DNA of 64,000 nt from Octopus vulgaris (taxonomy: Eukaryota): NCBI GenBank assembly GCA_951406725.2, contig OX597820.1, positions 37,572,001 to 37,636,000 on the forward strand, in the 5' to 3' direction. Made by a program: the position numbers and the translations under genes. Every line of letters begins with the position of its first letter. The stretch's first letter is position 1. This document shows positions 39,883-51,905 of this stretch, piece after piece. A model generated the notes under the pieces. That model searched no databases and was not told where the DNA came from. It was given only the letters and a program-made list of their open reading frames with translations.

Positions 39883-41073
39883 AAATCAAATCAAAACAAA
39901 TCAAAATAGATGAACATTAATGGAATTTGTTTCTTTGTGGTACCAGTGCCGGTGGCACACAAGAAAACCTTCCGAACGTGGCCGTAGCCAGTACCGCACC
40001 GACTGGCCTCCGTGCTGTGGGCACGTAACAAACACCATCCGATCGTGGCCGTTCGCCAGCCTCATCTGGCACCTATGTCGGTGGCACATAAAAACACCAT
40101 CCGAAGATCCGGCAAGACTAGTCAGGCCATAACCTGTGGCCCCTACCTGGGACGTAGTCAGTCCACCTGTGCATACCTTCCTTCTTGTGACACTTGTGAA
40201 GACCTGTTGAGGCAAGTGAAAATCAACATCAAATAAAATCAAATCAAAACAAATCAAAATAGATGAGCATTAATGGAATTTGTATCTTTGTGGTACCAGT
40301 GCCGGTGGCACACAAGAAAACCTTCCGAACGTGGCCGTAGCCAGTACCGCATCGAATGGCCTCCGTGCTGTGGGCACGTAACAAACACCATCCGATCGTG
40401 GCCGTTCGCCAGCCTCATCTGGCACCTATGTCGGTGGCACATAAAAACACCATCCGAAGACCCGGCAAGACTAGTCAGGCCATAACCCGTGGCCCTTACC
40501 TGGGACGTAGTCAGTCCACCTGTGCTTACCTTCCTTCTTGTGACACTTGTGAAGACCTGTTGAGGCAAGTGAAAATCAAAACAAATCAAAATAGATGAAC
40601 ATCAATGGAATTTGTATCTATGTGGTACCAGTGCCGGTGGCACGTGGCACACAAGAAAACCATCCGAACGTGGCCGTAGCCAGTACCGCATTGACTGGCC
40701 TCCGTGCTGTGGGCACGTAACAAACACCATCCGATCGTGGCCGTTTGCCAGCCTCATCTGGCACCTGTGTCGGTGGCACATAAAAACACCATCCGAGCGT
40801 GGCCGTCTGCCAGCCTCGTCTGGCACCGGTGTCGGTGGCACATAAAAAAAACACCATCCGAGCGTGGCCGTTTGCCAGCCTCGTCTGGCACCTGTGTCGG
40901 TGGCACATAAAATCACCCACTACACTCTCGGAGTGGTTGGCGTTAGGAAGGGCATCCAGCTGTAGAAACACTGCCAGATCTGACTGGACTGGTGCAGCTT
41001 ACGGGCTCCCCAGACCCCAGTTGAACCGTCCAACCCATGCTAGCATGGAAAGCGGATGTTAAATGATGATGAT
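39883..41073 (+). mobile_element. Young family B element with tandem ~353/332-bp units and ~60-nt internal repeats
   Basis: Units start about 39894, 40247 and 40579; ends with aggaagggcatccagctgtagaaa...gcatggaaagcggatgttaaa(tga)n. Confidence 0.9.
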
Positions 41074-41130
41074 ATATATATATACGCACACTGTGTGTGT
41101 ATACACTCACACATATATATATATGGTAAA

Positions 41131-41438
41131 GGCGTGTGGCTTAGTGGTAATGTATTCGGCTCACGATTGTAAGGTCATGAGTTTGATTCTTGGTGATGTG
41201 TTGTGTCCTTGAGCAAGACACTTTATTTCATGTTGCCCCAGTCCACTTAGCCAAAAATGAGTTGTACCTGTATTTCAAAGGGCCAGCCTTGTCACACTCT
41301 GTGTCACACTGAATCTGCCTGAGAACTAAGATACAAATATCTGTGGATTGCTCAATCACTTGCACATTAATTTCACAAGCAGGCTGTTCTGTCGATCATA
41401 TCAGCTGGGACCCTCGTCGTCGTAATTGGCAGTCTTCC
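41131..41438 (+). mobile_element. SINE family D, near full length
   Basis: tRNA-like head ggcgtgtggcttagtgg...gagtttgattc; ccttgagcaagacactt V-like domain. Confidence 0.85.
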
Positions 41439-41596
41439 TATACACGACAGGCTTTTTTCAGTTTCAGTCTGCCATATCCACTCACAAGGCCTGAGGCTAT
41501 AGTAGAAGACACTTGCCCAAGATGCCACACAGTGGGAGAACCCAGAACCATGTGGTTGATAAGCAAGCTATTTACCACACAACCACTCCTGCACCT
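41439..41596 (-). mobile_element. SINE family A 5' half
   Basis: Reverse complement of the family A head. Confidence 0.85.
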
Positions 41597-41602
41597 ATAT
41601 AT

Positions 41603-41797
41603 CTTGGTGGAATTTGAACTCAGAACGTATGTCGTTACGTTCTGAGTTCAAATTCCGCCGAGGTCAACTTTGCCTTTCATCCTTTCGGGGTCGATAAATA
41701 AAGTACCAGTTTCGTACTGGGGGCAATATAATCGACTCAATCCCTTCGTCTGTCCTTGTTTGTCCCCTCTATGTTTAGCCCTTTCTGGGCAGTAAAG

Positions 41798-41801
<4 letters not shown>
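41603..41801 (+). mobile_element. Young SINE family C copy with foldback 5' end
   Basis: gagttcaaattcc B-box, gcctttcatcctttcggggtcgataaa core; 41603-29 is an inverted copy of 41636-62. Confidence 0.85.
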
Positions 41802-41855
<54 letters not shown>

Positions 41856-41859
<4 letters not shown>

Positions 41860-42534
41860 TTTTAGTAATGAGATAAAAAACCAAAGCTGTGTAGATTTTA
41901 GAACATTTATAGACAGGTCTTACAGCTGTTTCCAGGATATTTTATTATATTCCTTCATCGGAGACGCTGTGAGAGGATGGTTAAGTAATAGTTAATTTAG
42001 ATAAGATACAAAATCCAGAGTGAGGTGGAGGAAAGAGAATAGATGTGAGATGTGTAGGGATATTGTATTTGTAGATCCATTTTTTTTAGGCAGAATGGTA
42101 TACATATAAGATTCCAATACCTTATGAGTATAATCCAATAGTATTTAAAATTGGTCATTCCAAGTATAGAGTGTTATTGAATCAAGGGTTTTATTTAAAG
42201 TGAGCTAAAAATAGGGAGTGTATTAGTAGGGTCAAATTGAAAACAGGAAGAGAAAAAAGAAAAAAGAGAAGGATAAGAAAGTAAGAATAAAATAAAATAA
42301 TATAATAATAAAAAATAAAAAACAGGAAGAGAGGAATAAAGGAAGGAAAGAAATAAGAAAAAAGAAAAACAAAGATATAGATTTAGACCAGTTAGTAATC
42401 TGTGGAGATAATTTGAAAGTAGGAGTGGGTAGATAAAGGGTGATAGAGAGAGAAAGGTTTTATAGTGTAAAAAGATAGAAGGAATGGGGGGGTGATGAAA
42501 GGTAAAGGAGTGACAAATGTGTAGTGAGGGTTAA
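41856..42534 (-). mobile_element. Penelope-like pLTR/3' region
   Basis: Carries a type-I hammerhead; starts tttttagtaatga like 42766; co-oriented with the GIY-YIG fragment. Confidence 0.6.
41913..41970 (-). ncRNA. Minimal type-I hammerhead ribozyme (CCGAUGA variant)
   Basis: Minus strand: acag-c-gtct CCGATGA agga(13 nt)tcct-g GAAA cagctg TA agac-ctgt; palindromic stem III; GUA site. Confidence 0.7.
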
Positions 42535-42770
42535 TCATCATCATCATCATCGTTTAACGTCTGCTTTCCATGCTAGCATGGGTTGGACAGTTCAACTGGG
42601 GTCTGGGGAGCCCGAAGGCTGCACCAGGCCAGTCAAATCTGGCAGTGTTTCTACAGCTGGATGCCCTTCCTAACGCCAACCACTCCGAGAGTGTAGTGGG
42701 TGATTTTATGTGCCACCGACACAGGTGCCAGACGAGGCTGGCGAACGGCCACGCTCGGATGGTGTTTTTT
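42535..42770 (-). mobile_element. Family B element, 3' part
   Basis: (CAT)n tail; near-identical to 12200-12447. Confidence 0.9.
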
Positions 42771-43620
42771 AGTAATGAATTAAGAATTTAGGAATTTAGA
42801 TGGTTTGGCAGGTCAGTGCTTAGTAATATAAGAAAATATATATGTGAAGATGTATATATATGTATATATTAGACATGTATTTATACAGATGTTTATACAT
42901 ATCAATATCTACACGCACAACTCTTACTCGTATGTATATGCACACATGCACACCCGTATATACCTGAATCTGCATGTATTATCACCCTGTATACACGGGT
43001 ATATATACCGTGAATACATACATACATTCATACATATATACACACATGTGGATGGATACACATACACACGAATATAATTAGATGGTTGTGATGTTCGAGT
43101 ATGAGTGAGGAATTAGATAGGGGTTAGGAATGAGAATGTAGATTTATATGTTATTGGGATTACCTAAGGAGTGTTGTGGAAATGCACTGTATGGTCGTTT
43201 AGGCTTTTGAATGTGTGAAAAAAGCGGTGGTTTCATGTGCTTAGTGCCTCATGCTTATTTAGCAGTGCTGGAGAGTTTTTGCATTAATGTGAAATGCCTC
43301 CTTCAGGCAAGGTTTGCAGGTTGAGCGTTGACCTTGGTAGGGAAGTCCAGAGTCCAGTATGGACCATGATAGAGTATAGGGTATATTTGTATTTTTGAGA
43401 TGATGTATGCAGTTGGTGAGTGTTGTAGGTTTACTATGTTTATCATATCTAAAAGAATGGAGGTGAGTGGCATATTGTTGCTTAAAATCTTTGGTTGATC
43501 CTATGTATATGGCTGTATAGTTGTGTAATAGATTAAGGACTGTGCATTTGTAAATTACATTATATCTTCTGCAATGGGTTTGTAACAGGCAGATGGTTCC
43601 AGGACGGCAATTACAAATAT
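42766..43620 (-). mobile_element. Penelope-like element 3' end with GIY-YIG endonuclease remnant (about 43164-43618)
   Basis: ICNCRPGTICLLQTHCRRYNVIYKCTV...YIGSTKDFKQQYATHLHSF...TTLTNCIHHLK...YTLSWSIL...CKPCLKEAFHI, frameshift, LLNKHEALST*NH. Confidence 0.85.
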
Positions 43621-43699
43621 GTACTCTGCAGGTTGGATATCCAACAGAAGAACAAAACTCGCATTACGTACACAACACACAGTACAAACACTAATACAA

Positions 43700-44035
43700 C
43701 AAAAGACTCAAACCAAAGCCCATACCTCTGGAAAAATAGATGTTTCATTCATTATCCTTAAACAACCCTTATTCTGGGACTTTTGAGTGGGATGGGCTAT
43801 TTGACCAGAAAAAAAATTCTAACAGGGCCCCACCTGGAAGGTCATGTGCTGTTTATTTTGATAGGATATCATCATATCATGCACATATGGTTGTGATGCA
43901 TGTGCCTGATGTACCCTTATCAGATGGGTAGTCATAATAGATATTTGGGCTTTGTATATTTGTGCCCCAGTGTCACTTTGATGGCATGCGCTGCTCTCTC
44001 ACTCAATAATAATAATAATAAGAAGAATAATAATC
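43700..44035 (+). mobile_element. Probable non-LTR retrotransposon 3' UTR with (TAA)n tail
   Basis: GC-richer block ending ctctctcactc(aat)n; family not determined. Confidence 0.35.
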
Positions 44036-44039
44036 ATGT

Positions 44040-44386
44040 AAAATTTTGGCATAAGGCCAGCAATTTCAGAGGAGGGGACAGTTTGATTACAACAGTCCCA
44101 GTGCTCAACTAGTAGTTATTTTATTGATCCTGAAAGGAAGAAAGACAAAGTCAATCTCAGCAGAATTTGGACTCTGAACTTAAAAAGCCAGAAGAAATGC
44201 AATTTGTCCAGAGTGCCAATAATTCTGTCAGCTCACCACATTCTATTTCAACTGTAGACACAACACCTGAAAGTTTTGAGTGGAGGGTTTAATCAATTAA
44301 GTTAACCCTAGTGCTCAACTGGTACTTATTTTATCAATCCCCAAAGGATGAATGGTAACATTGACCTTGGTAAGATTTGAACTCAA
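44040..44386 (-). mobile_element. Two tandem SINE family C copies
   Basis: Repeated agtgctcaact...ttattttat...aaagga...atttgaactc. Confidence 0.7.
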
Positions 44387-44954
44387 ATAATAATAATTAT
44401 AAGACGTGGGGCTGCATTACGTTTTGTGCAAGGATGTAAAACATGTCCTTTTCCAATATTCCTAATTGTAGAACTGCAAGTTACCGGGGCATTGACACAC
44501 ACACACACATATTTTAGTAACTTACAATACTGGGAGTCAATGATCCCTTCAAACATGAATGAGTGAGAGTTGCAATGCTTAATATGTTTCTTATGAAGCT
44601 ACTTTGAAGTGTTATATTGTCATTATGTATTTTACTAGAATAACAGTGTAATTAATTTTCATTCTGAAAGTTGTATGTAAGTAGTCTAAGAGAGAAGATA
44701 GGGTTCTGTAGGACCATATTACCTAATGTGTCTCTCCCTTTTCAAAATAATAGTATATGATTGGAGAGAGATTTGGCTGCTGTTTGTAGTTTTCAAGCAA
44801 TCACTTACAAATTTCCGTTATTACAGGAGTAGAGAAACCTGTATGTATATTGTGTATTATGCTTTGTATGATTTTTATGTAGGTGGAAAGGACTTATAAT
44901 TAAATTAAGCTATTTTGTTCTCGAAGTGAAGTAAATTGTTTTGCTGGTTTATCT

Positions 44955-45330
44955 TTTACTTGTTTTAATCATTGGATTGTGGCCATACTGGGGCACTAGT
45001 TTGGAGGGTTTTAGCTAAATGTGTGAACCCCAGTACTTTTTTTTTTGTTAAGTTCACTTATCCTGTTTGGTCTCCTGTGCTGAATTGCTAAGTTACATAA
45101 GCATGATGGAACCAACACCATTTGTCAAGCAGTGGTAGGAGACAAACAAACGCACACACAATGAGCTTCTTTTCAGTTTCTGTCTACTAGATCCACTTGC
45201 AAGGATTTGGTCAGCCTAGGGTTATTGTGTAGAAGGCTCTTGCTCAAGGTCCCATGCAATAACTGGACTGGACTCAGGGCCTTATGGCTGGGAAGCAAAC
45301 TTCTTAACACACAGCTATGCTTGTACCTGC
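44955..45330 (-). mobile_element. SINE family A, degenerate
   Basis: Tail, body and head recognisable. Confidence 0.7.
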
Positions 45331-46584
45331 ATCAATTTATTTATTATATTGACTCTTTCATGCTGAATTCCTTCTTTTCTAGAAATCTAGGACTATTTTT
45401 GTAGAGGAGAAGAACAATTGAGTGGAACAACTTGATTTTTCCTGGTCCATTTGCTTTTTATTGATCCATAAAAGATGAAAGCAAAGTTGTTTCATGTGGG
45501 ACTTGAACTTTCCAAACTTGCTTCTGATAGAGAAGTTCTAACTCAATATTCTGTTATTTAGTCATGCATTTCACTGCTCTATGGTATGTACTCCATCATA
45601 CTGACAATGGCATTTGAGGATATGAAGATATTTTACTGAATTACATAGATGGCACAGTGGTGGAGTAAAGTCTAGAAAAAGTTAGATAATATGTATACAT
45701 CTTGTGTGTTGAGCCTTTCAGCTACTGCATATCAATATTAGGAGGAAGTAAAAGAATAATGGAAGAGGAATCTAATATGTAGAAGTGTCCATGTGTGTTA
45801 TCACCCTTGAGGAGAAATCATTGAAATTCATGTCACAAAAATTTACATAACCAGCTGCCTGTAGCATAGGATATCCAAGTGTCAAGTATATATGACAGGA
45901 AGTTCTGCTAGCAGGATTACACTATTGTAATAAGCTCACATTCTCATGTATGCAAACACACATGTATAAATTCAGATATGCATGCTCATACATTTGTGTG
46001 TACACATGCGCACGCACACACACACACACACACAATGTTTGCATGCACACAGATATGTGTTGATATTAATGTATACATTAACACACATGAACAAACTGAA
46101 CCATACATTGTCATGATTTTTAATGAATAATACCTTAATCATACTGTAAATCATCATTTACTCATTTATAGTATGTCAGTGTATGGCTTAACTGATTTTG
46201 TTGTTATTGCCTCACTTTGCAACCATATGGTGTCAGGTTCAGTTTTGTTATCTGCTATAGCTCCAGACTGGTCAGTGTCTTGTGATTGAATTTGGCAGGC
46301 AGAAACTGTGTGGAAGCTTGTTCTGTGTGCATGCATTTATATCTGTGTTTGTCACTCACCATTTGAAAGCAGGTGTTGGTTTGTTTGTGGTCTTATAGCC
46401 TAGCAGTTCCACAAAGAGAGACCAAAGTATTGGACACATTTTGAAGGTGATATACCAACGTGCTTACAGTCTGATGAATGAAACAAGTAAAAGACTGAAA
46501 AAATAAAGAATATAATTCTATCTAGAAGTGTACATTATCCAATTATCCAATGTAGTCTTCTTTTCTTGAAGACAGCAGCATGTG

Positions 46585-46854
46585 TATTGAGGTGGGATTT
46601 GACTGCTTTCTAGCTCGTCAAGTGACCACATAGCGGCACCTTCATTAGATTGTAACAGATGTTGCATTTGGTCTTGATGTAACAGAGTGAATCTGTAATA
46701 TTTGAAGACAATGTTGGTTATTGAGGTGGGATTTGACTGCTTTCTAGCTCGTCAAGTGACCATATAGTGGCACCTTCATTAGATTGTAACAGATGTTGCA
46801 TTTGGTCTTGATATAACAGAGTGAATCTGTAATATTTGAAGGCAATGTTGGTTA
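46585..46854. repeat. Tandem duplication, 2 x 134 bp
   Basis: tattgaggtgggatttgactgc at 46585 and 46719; few substitutions. Confidence 0.9.
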
Positions 46855-49379
46855 CAAATTTTGGTACAAGGCTGGATTTGAAGGCCGTATCAATTCAACT
46901 TAATTTATGCATGATCTTTTTCTTAGAAATCCTTTGGTTTTTGACAGTTGCCTTGTGTTGTAGAGATATTTTATTAGAACTTGTTGAGGCTTTCATTGGG
47001 TTATATCGATTAATCTAATAAGAAAGATTGTTTGCTTGTCAAAGGTTTTTTCCTCAAAGAGAGATTTGAAATGAACATTATAAACTACTGACTCTCTTAT
47101 CGAGTATACAGTGCTTCTACTGCCTATGGCTAGAAACAAAACCGAACCAGTGAAAGTTAAGTGTCATTTTCTAGGTTGTTAGTGATATAAATGAAGTGTG
47201 GTAGTTAAAAGTAGTTATTAAAACTGTTACACAATATCATTTAAACTATGAACTTACTGCCGTGACTCTCCTTTGTGTACATTAGGATTTCTAGAATTTG
47301 CACAGGGCCACAGTTTTTGTGAGAGAGAACTGTTGATTAAATCAACTATGATACTTGATTAGTATAAATAGTTAATTTAAGACAAGAAAAATTAAAGTCA
47401 AAGTTGAATTTTAGAAAGATTTGAACTCGGGTTCTGCCATCTCCATGATAATAGTTATATTGTTATTGTTGGGAGAGAAATAATATGGATAATATTATCT
47501 CCTGGCTAAGCTGCCTACCTATGGATCTTTCTATTTCTCATCTCTTAGACAGAAACTCGCTGTCATATACAACATATACTAATGAGTATCTCTCAGTCAC
47601 TGAGAGCCCTGTGTAACAAAATAATTTTTTTTTAATCTTTGGTCAGTAAGTGTTATTCCCTATTTGCTTCTGTCTAGAAATCAAAGGAAACAACTACTAT
47701 TTTCTTCAAGCTTTGCTTTTGTGACCTGAACATCAAAGTTTTGAAACTGACCTATTTTCCATTATATTTCAAATATATTCATCTTTGAGTTGTTGAAGCA
47801 GAAATATTGTTATAGCAAATATTCTGCTCAATATCACAGATTTGCTTGTCAGTTGTTTGATCTTAACTACTTGAGCATGTCCCTTAGTGGTTGACCATAT
47901 GTGCATCTCTGATCATGAACAGGAATAGCTGGGGAGCACCATAGCCAATGTTTTGAGAGGGATTCTTTGGGGTTTGAAGAAATGTAACAAAAACAAAGTT
48001 TGAAGGAAATATTAGCCATTTTCCATACTTTCTAGAGGTAAGCAAATAGGAAATAACAGTTGCTACCAAAGAACAAAAATCATGTTATACATTATAATTT
48101 TTCTTGGCAATCTCAAACTACAGCATAGTAAAGAAAACTGTACCCCAAAGACTGGTCCTCTTTTCCAGAGCTTAAAAATCTTTTAACTTTAGACAACAGC
48201 TGATTCTTCAAAAAACTCAAGAATATAGAATAGAATGTTGCTGCCATATCTTGGACAATGCTACTGTGGTATGCATAAACATTTACACCCCAAAAGAAAC
48301 AAAAAAATCTAGCTAATTAACATGCAGTTATGCTCTAATGATTTGCAATATTTAACCCATAAAGGTATTATCTTCTCATTCTGGTTTTTCTACTTCTACA
48401 ATACCACCTTCTCCACAAAGCCTAGCTACTTGCATGCAACCACCACCCAAACAAGTTCACTTTCCACCCCACCCCCTCTTGTCACCTGTCCTAAATATTC
48501 TTTCCCATGGCCTTATACTAGTCACTATTATCCTACACGATAGTCTATGTGCATGTATATATGAAATACTAATTTAGCTTGTCAGTTGTAGCTCTGATTA
48601 AGAAGATTGTTTCCCATCCATCTGGTCTTCAGTTTAGTTCTACTGTGCAGCACCTTGGGCAAATGTCTTCTACTTGTAGCGCTGGGCTGACTGAAACCTT
48701 GTGAGTGGATTTGGTAGATGGAAACTGAAGGTGTTTGTGTGTGTGTGTGAGAGTGGGGGTATGCATACCATTGTCTTGACATCACATGATGGTTGAAAAA
48801 AGTGTCATTGTTATACAAGTGGTGTTGTTTGTTTCCAGTCTTCCATGAAAAATGTGTCTGCACATGGGGAAATATTACCTTACACTCCTCAATCACATGG
48901 TTTCAAGATTCTATCCCACTGTATGGTATCTTGGACATTGAGCAATGTCTGGTGAGTTAAATTTAGTAGCTGGAAACTCTGCAAGCCTTTTGTGTGTGTG
49001 TGTATGTGAGTGTGCATGTAATTAATAAGTATTTATTTATACACAGCACAACATGTATAAAATCTGAGACAAATTTAAATTAGTTAAATTACTGTTTTAA
49101 GCTTTTGACTGAATTTTTAAACAGATGTAAGTACATTTTATTTATCTCTTTATGCATAGAAAAATAAAGGAAAATTGTCCTGACACGTTTCCCATTCATT
49201 GACCATTCATCTAAGGACAAGTACCTCCTCATTCATTGGCTCATGAAGAGAACTATAGTAAATTGCTATAGGCCTGTCTTTGTGTCTAAGAAGGTTACCA
49301 AAGCCTTGTGAATGGATTTGGTTGGTAGAAACTGAATCTTATCGTGTGTGTACACTTGCACATAATAATAATAATATTA

Positions 49380-49610
49380 ATCCTTTCTACTATAGGCACA
49401 AGGGCTGGGATTTTGTGGGGAGGTGGGTTAGTCAATTACATTAACTCCAGTGATCATTTACTGCTTATTTTATCAACCCCCTCCACCTTCACTGAAAGGA
49501 TGAAAGGCAAAGCTGGCCTTGGTGGAATTTGAGCTTTGAATGTAAAGATGGATGGAATGCTGCTAGGTATTTTGTCTGGCATGCTAATGATTCTGCCAGC
49601 TCACTTCCTT

Positions 49611-49649
<39 letters not shown>

Positions 49650-49864
49650 CTTTTCTAATATAAGCACAAGGCCTGAAATTTTTTGGGGAGGGAGCCAGTT
49701 GATTACATTGACTCTGGTGATTCACTGGTACTTAATTTATCAACCCCAAAAGGATGAAAGGCAAGGTTGACCTTGGCAGAATTTGAACCCAGAACATGAA
49801 GACAGACGAAATGCCACTAAGCATTTTGCTTGGTGTGCTAACAATTCTGCCAGCTCACCACCTT
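49380..49864 (-). mobile_element. Two tandem full SINE family C copies separated by (TAA)n
   Basis: Each has ggcacaagg...aaaggatgaaaggcaa...gaatttga...attctgccagctcac. Confidence 0.85.
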
Positions 49865-51289
49865 AATAATAATAATAACAATAAGAATAATAGTGTTTCT
49901 TATATACATGAAAGCTTTGTATAATTTTGACTTAATACCCTATTTAGAAAACCATCAGCTTTCTTATAAAAGTCTTGAATTGTTGGATAGCATGTTCAGG
50001 GTCTACATTCTTTTGATTAAAATACACTGGCTGTTTACTTGATCAATATTGACCAACCATTTAACTCTCTTCCATCATCTGATGTCTTTCTGAACTAGCC
50101 TCTTTGACATGTTGGTGGGGCTGGTATCATCACTGTTTTACTTCTTGTGAGAACAACAGCTGTCAATAAGTACTGCTGAAGAGAACAGGGTGGGTTGGTT
50201 TGCTTCTAAATTTCCATGCATTTCTGTGGAAGAGACTGGATACTTCCTCCAGTTTCTTGGATATCATAATCACATGTATGAACATTTATTTAAAATAAGT
50301 ATGTGTGTGTGAGAGAGAGATTTTGAATATTTTTTTACTCTTTGTATATAATTTAATAAACACATACACACACTCTGTCTGTCGCTCTGCTGAAATCAGG
50401 GAATTATGTAGTGAACTCCTTAATCACACAGTTATGCCTGCATCTCTAATGGAATGGCTGTATAATGTATTTAGAAATAGTACAGTATTTGAGAACTCTT
50501 GGTGTTTTATCTATTTGGCTAACATGCTTCTCAAAGTATGTAATTATGTGACTAAATGTATAATTAAAACTGTGTACTGTCAAATCTGTGACTTTGTGAC
50601 ATCAACCCAAATAAGTGGAAACGGCTCCCAAAACAATCAAGGTTATATCATAAAGACATGTGTAGGTGAGAATAGCTTGTCTACTAAAGTAAATATTTTA
50701 AATATTTCCATTTATAATTATGAACATGAAAAAGGTATTGAAGAAAGGACGATAGGCAGTTTGTTATTGTTGTTGCTTATGATTAAAGACATTCTGACCG
50801 TGAAAATAGCAGTGTTATTTTGGACTACATTATCCAAGGCATCATTTAACTTCAAAGCTTGTGGAGAAACGTGGTATTTATTTAAAAGATAGCTAGAGTT
50901 TATTTATCAAACCCTCCTCCTCCTCTTCCTCATCATCAATTTTTCCATGCTTGCATGGGTCAGATGGAATTTGTTGAGAGTTTTTCTGTGGTTGGATACC
51001 TTTCCTGTCACCAACTGTTATCTGTTTTTGATCAAGGTAATATTTCCCCATAACCAGACATGTTTTTCTCCAAATTATTGGAAATGAATGATTCATTCCT
51101 AAGAAGATTAATACTTAGTTGATCGTGCATTACAGTTGAACATAAAAGTAACAAATCCACATGGTTGTCTTTGCTCCCGAGAACATGAATGACAATGCTG
51201 CTTGTTTACAACCGTTGTGTCATGTCGGGGCAAGGGTACACATGCACACATGCAAGCATGTGCACACAAACACACACACTCACATGCAT

Positions 51290-51467
51290 GTGTGCAACAG
51301 GCTCGTTCCAGTTTCTTTCTACCAGATCCACTCACAACAAACTCACAAGGTTTTTGTTAGCCCAGAGCTATAGTAGGAAACACTTGCCCAAGTTGCTGCT
51401 CTGTGGGACTGAACCTAAAACTACATGGTTAGGAAGAAGCTTCTTAACCACATTCCCATGCCTGTAC
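51290..51467 (-). mobile_element. SINE family A-related head, inverted relative to the next copy
   Basis: gctatagtaggaaacacttgcccaag...gtgggactgaacc. Confidence 0.7.
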
Positions 51468-51490
51468 CTAATGTTTCAAAATTATAAATA

Positions 51491-51905
51491 GGTGCAGGAG
51501 TGGCTGTGTGGTATGTAGCTTGCTTGCCAACCACATGGTTCCGGGTTCAGTCCCACTGCGTGGCATCTTGGGCAAGTGTCTTCTGCTATAGCTCTGGGCC
51601 GACCAATGCCTTGTGAGTGGATTTGGTAGACGGAAACTGAAAGAAGCCTGTCGTATATATGTGTGTGTGTGTATATATATATATATGTATGTGTGTGTAT
51701 ATGTTTGTGTGTCTGTATTTGTCCCCCTAGCATTGCTTGACAACCGATGCTGGTCTGTTTATGTTCCCGTCTCTTAACGGTTCTGCAGAGGTGACAGATA
51801 GAATAAGTACTGGGCTTGCAGGGAGTAGGTCCCAGGGTCGATTTGCTCGAGTAAAGGCGGTGCTCCAGCATGGCCGCAGCCAAATGACTAAAACAAGTAA
51901 AAGAG
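51491..51905 (+). mobile_element. SINE family A, full length
   Basis: Complete head, body and tail. Confidence 0.92.

Noticed and set aside
40200-40230. CTGTTGA...GAAA as a hammerhead core
   Set aside because: The core is CUGUUGA rather than CUGANGA, and no stem II/III or stem I closure is evident.
39883-40915. CRISPR-like appearance of repeated ggcacataaaaacaccatccga units
   Set aside because: The intervening sequences are homologous to each other rather than unique spacers; eukaryotic retroelement context; no cas genes.
50305-50892. 195-aa ORF
   Set aside because: Non-ATG start in a microsatellite, runs through repeat fragments, no recognisable domain or splice signals.
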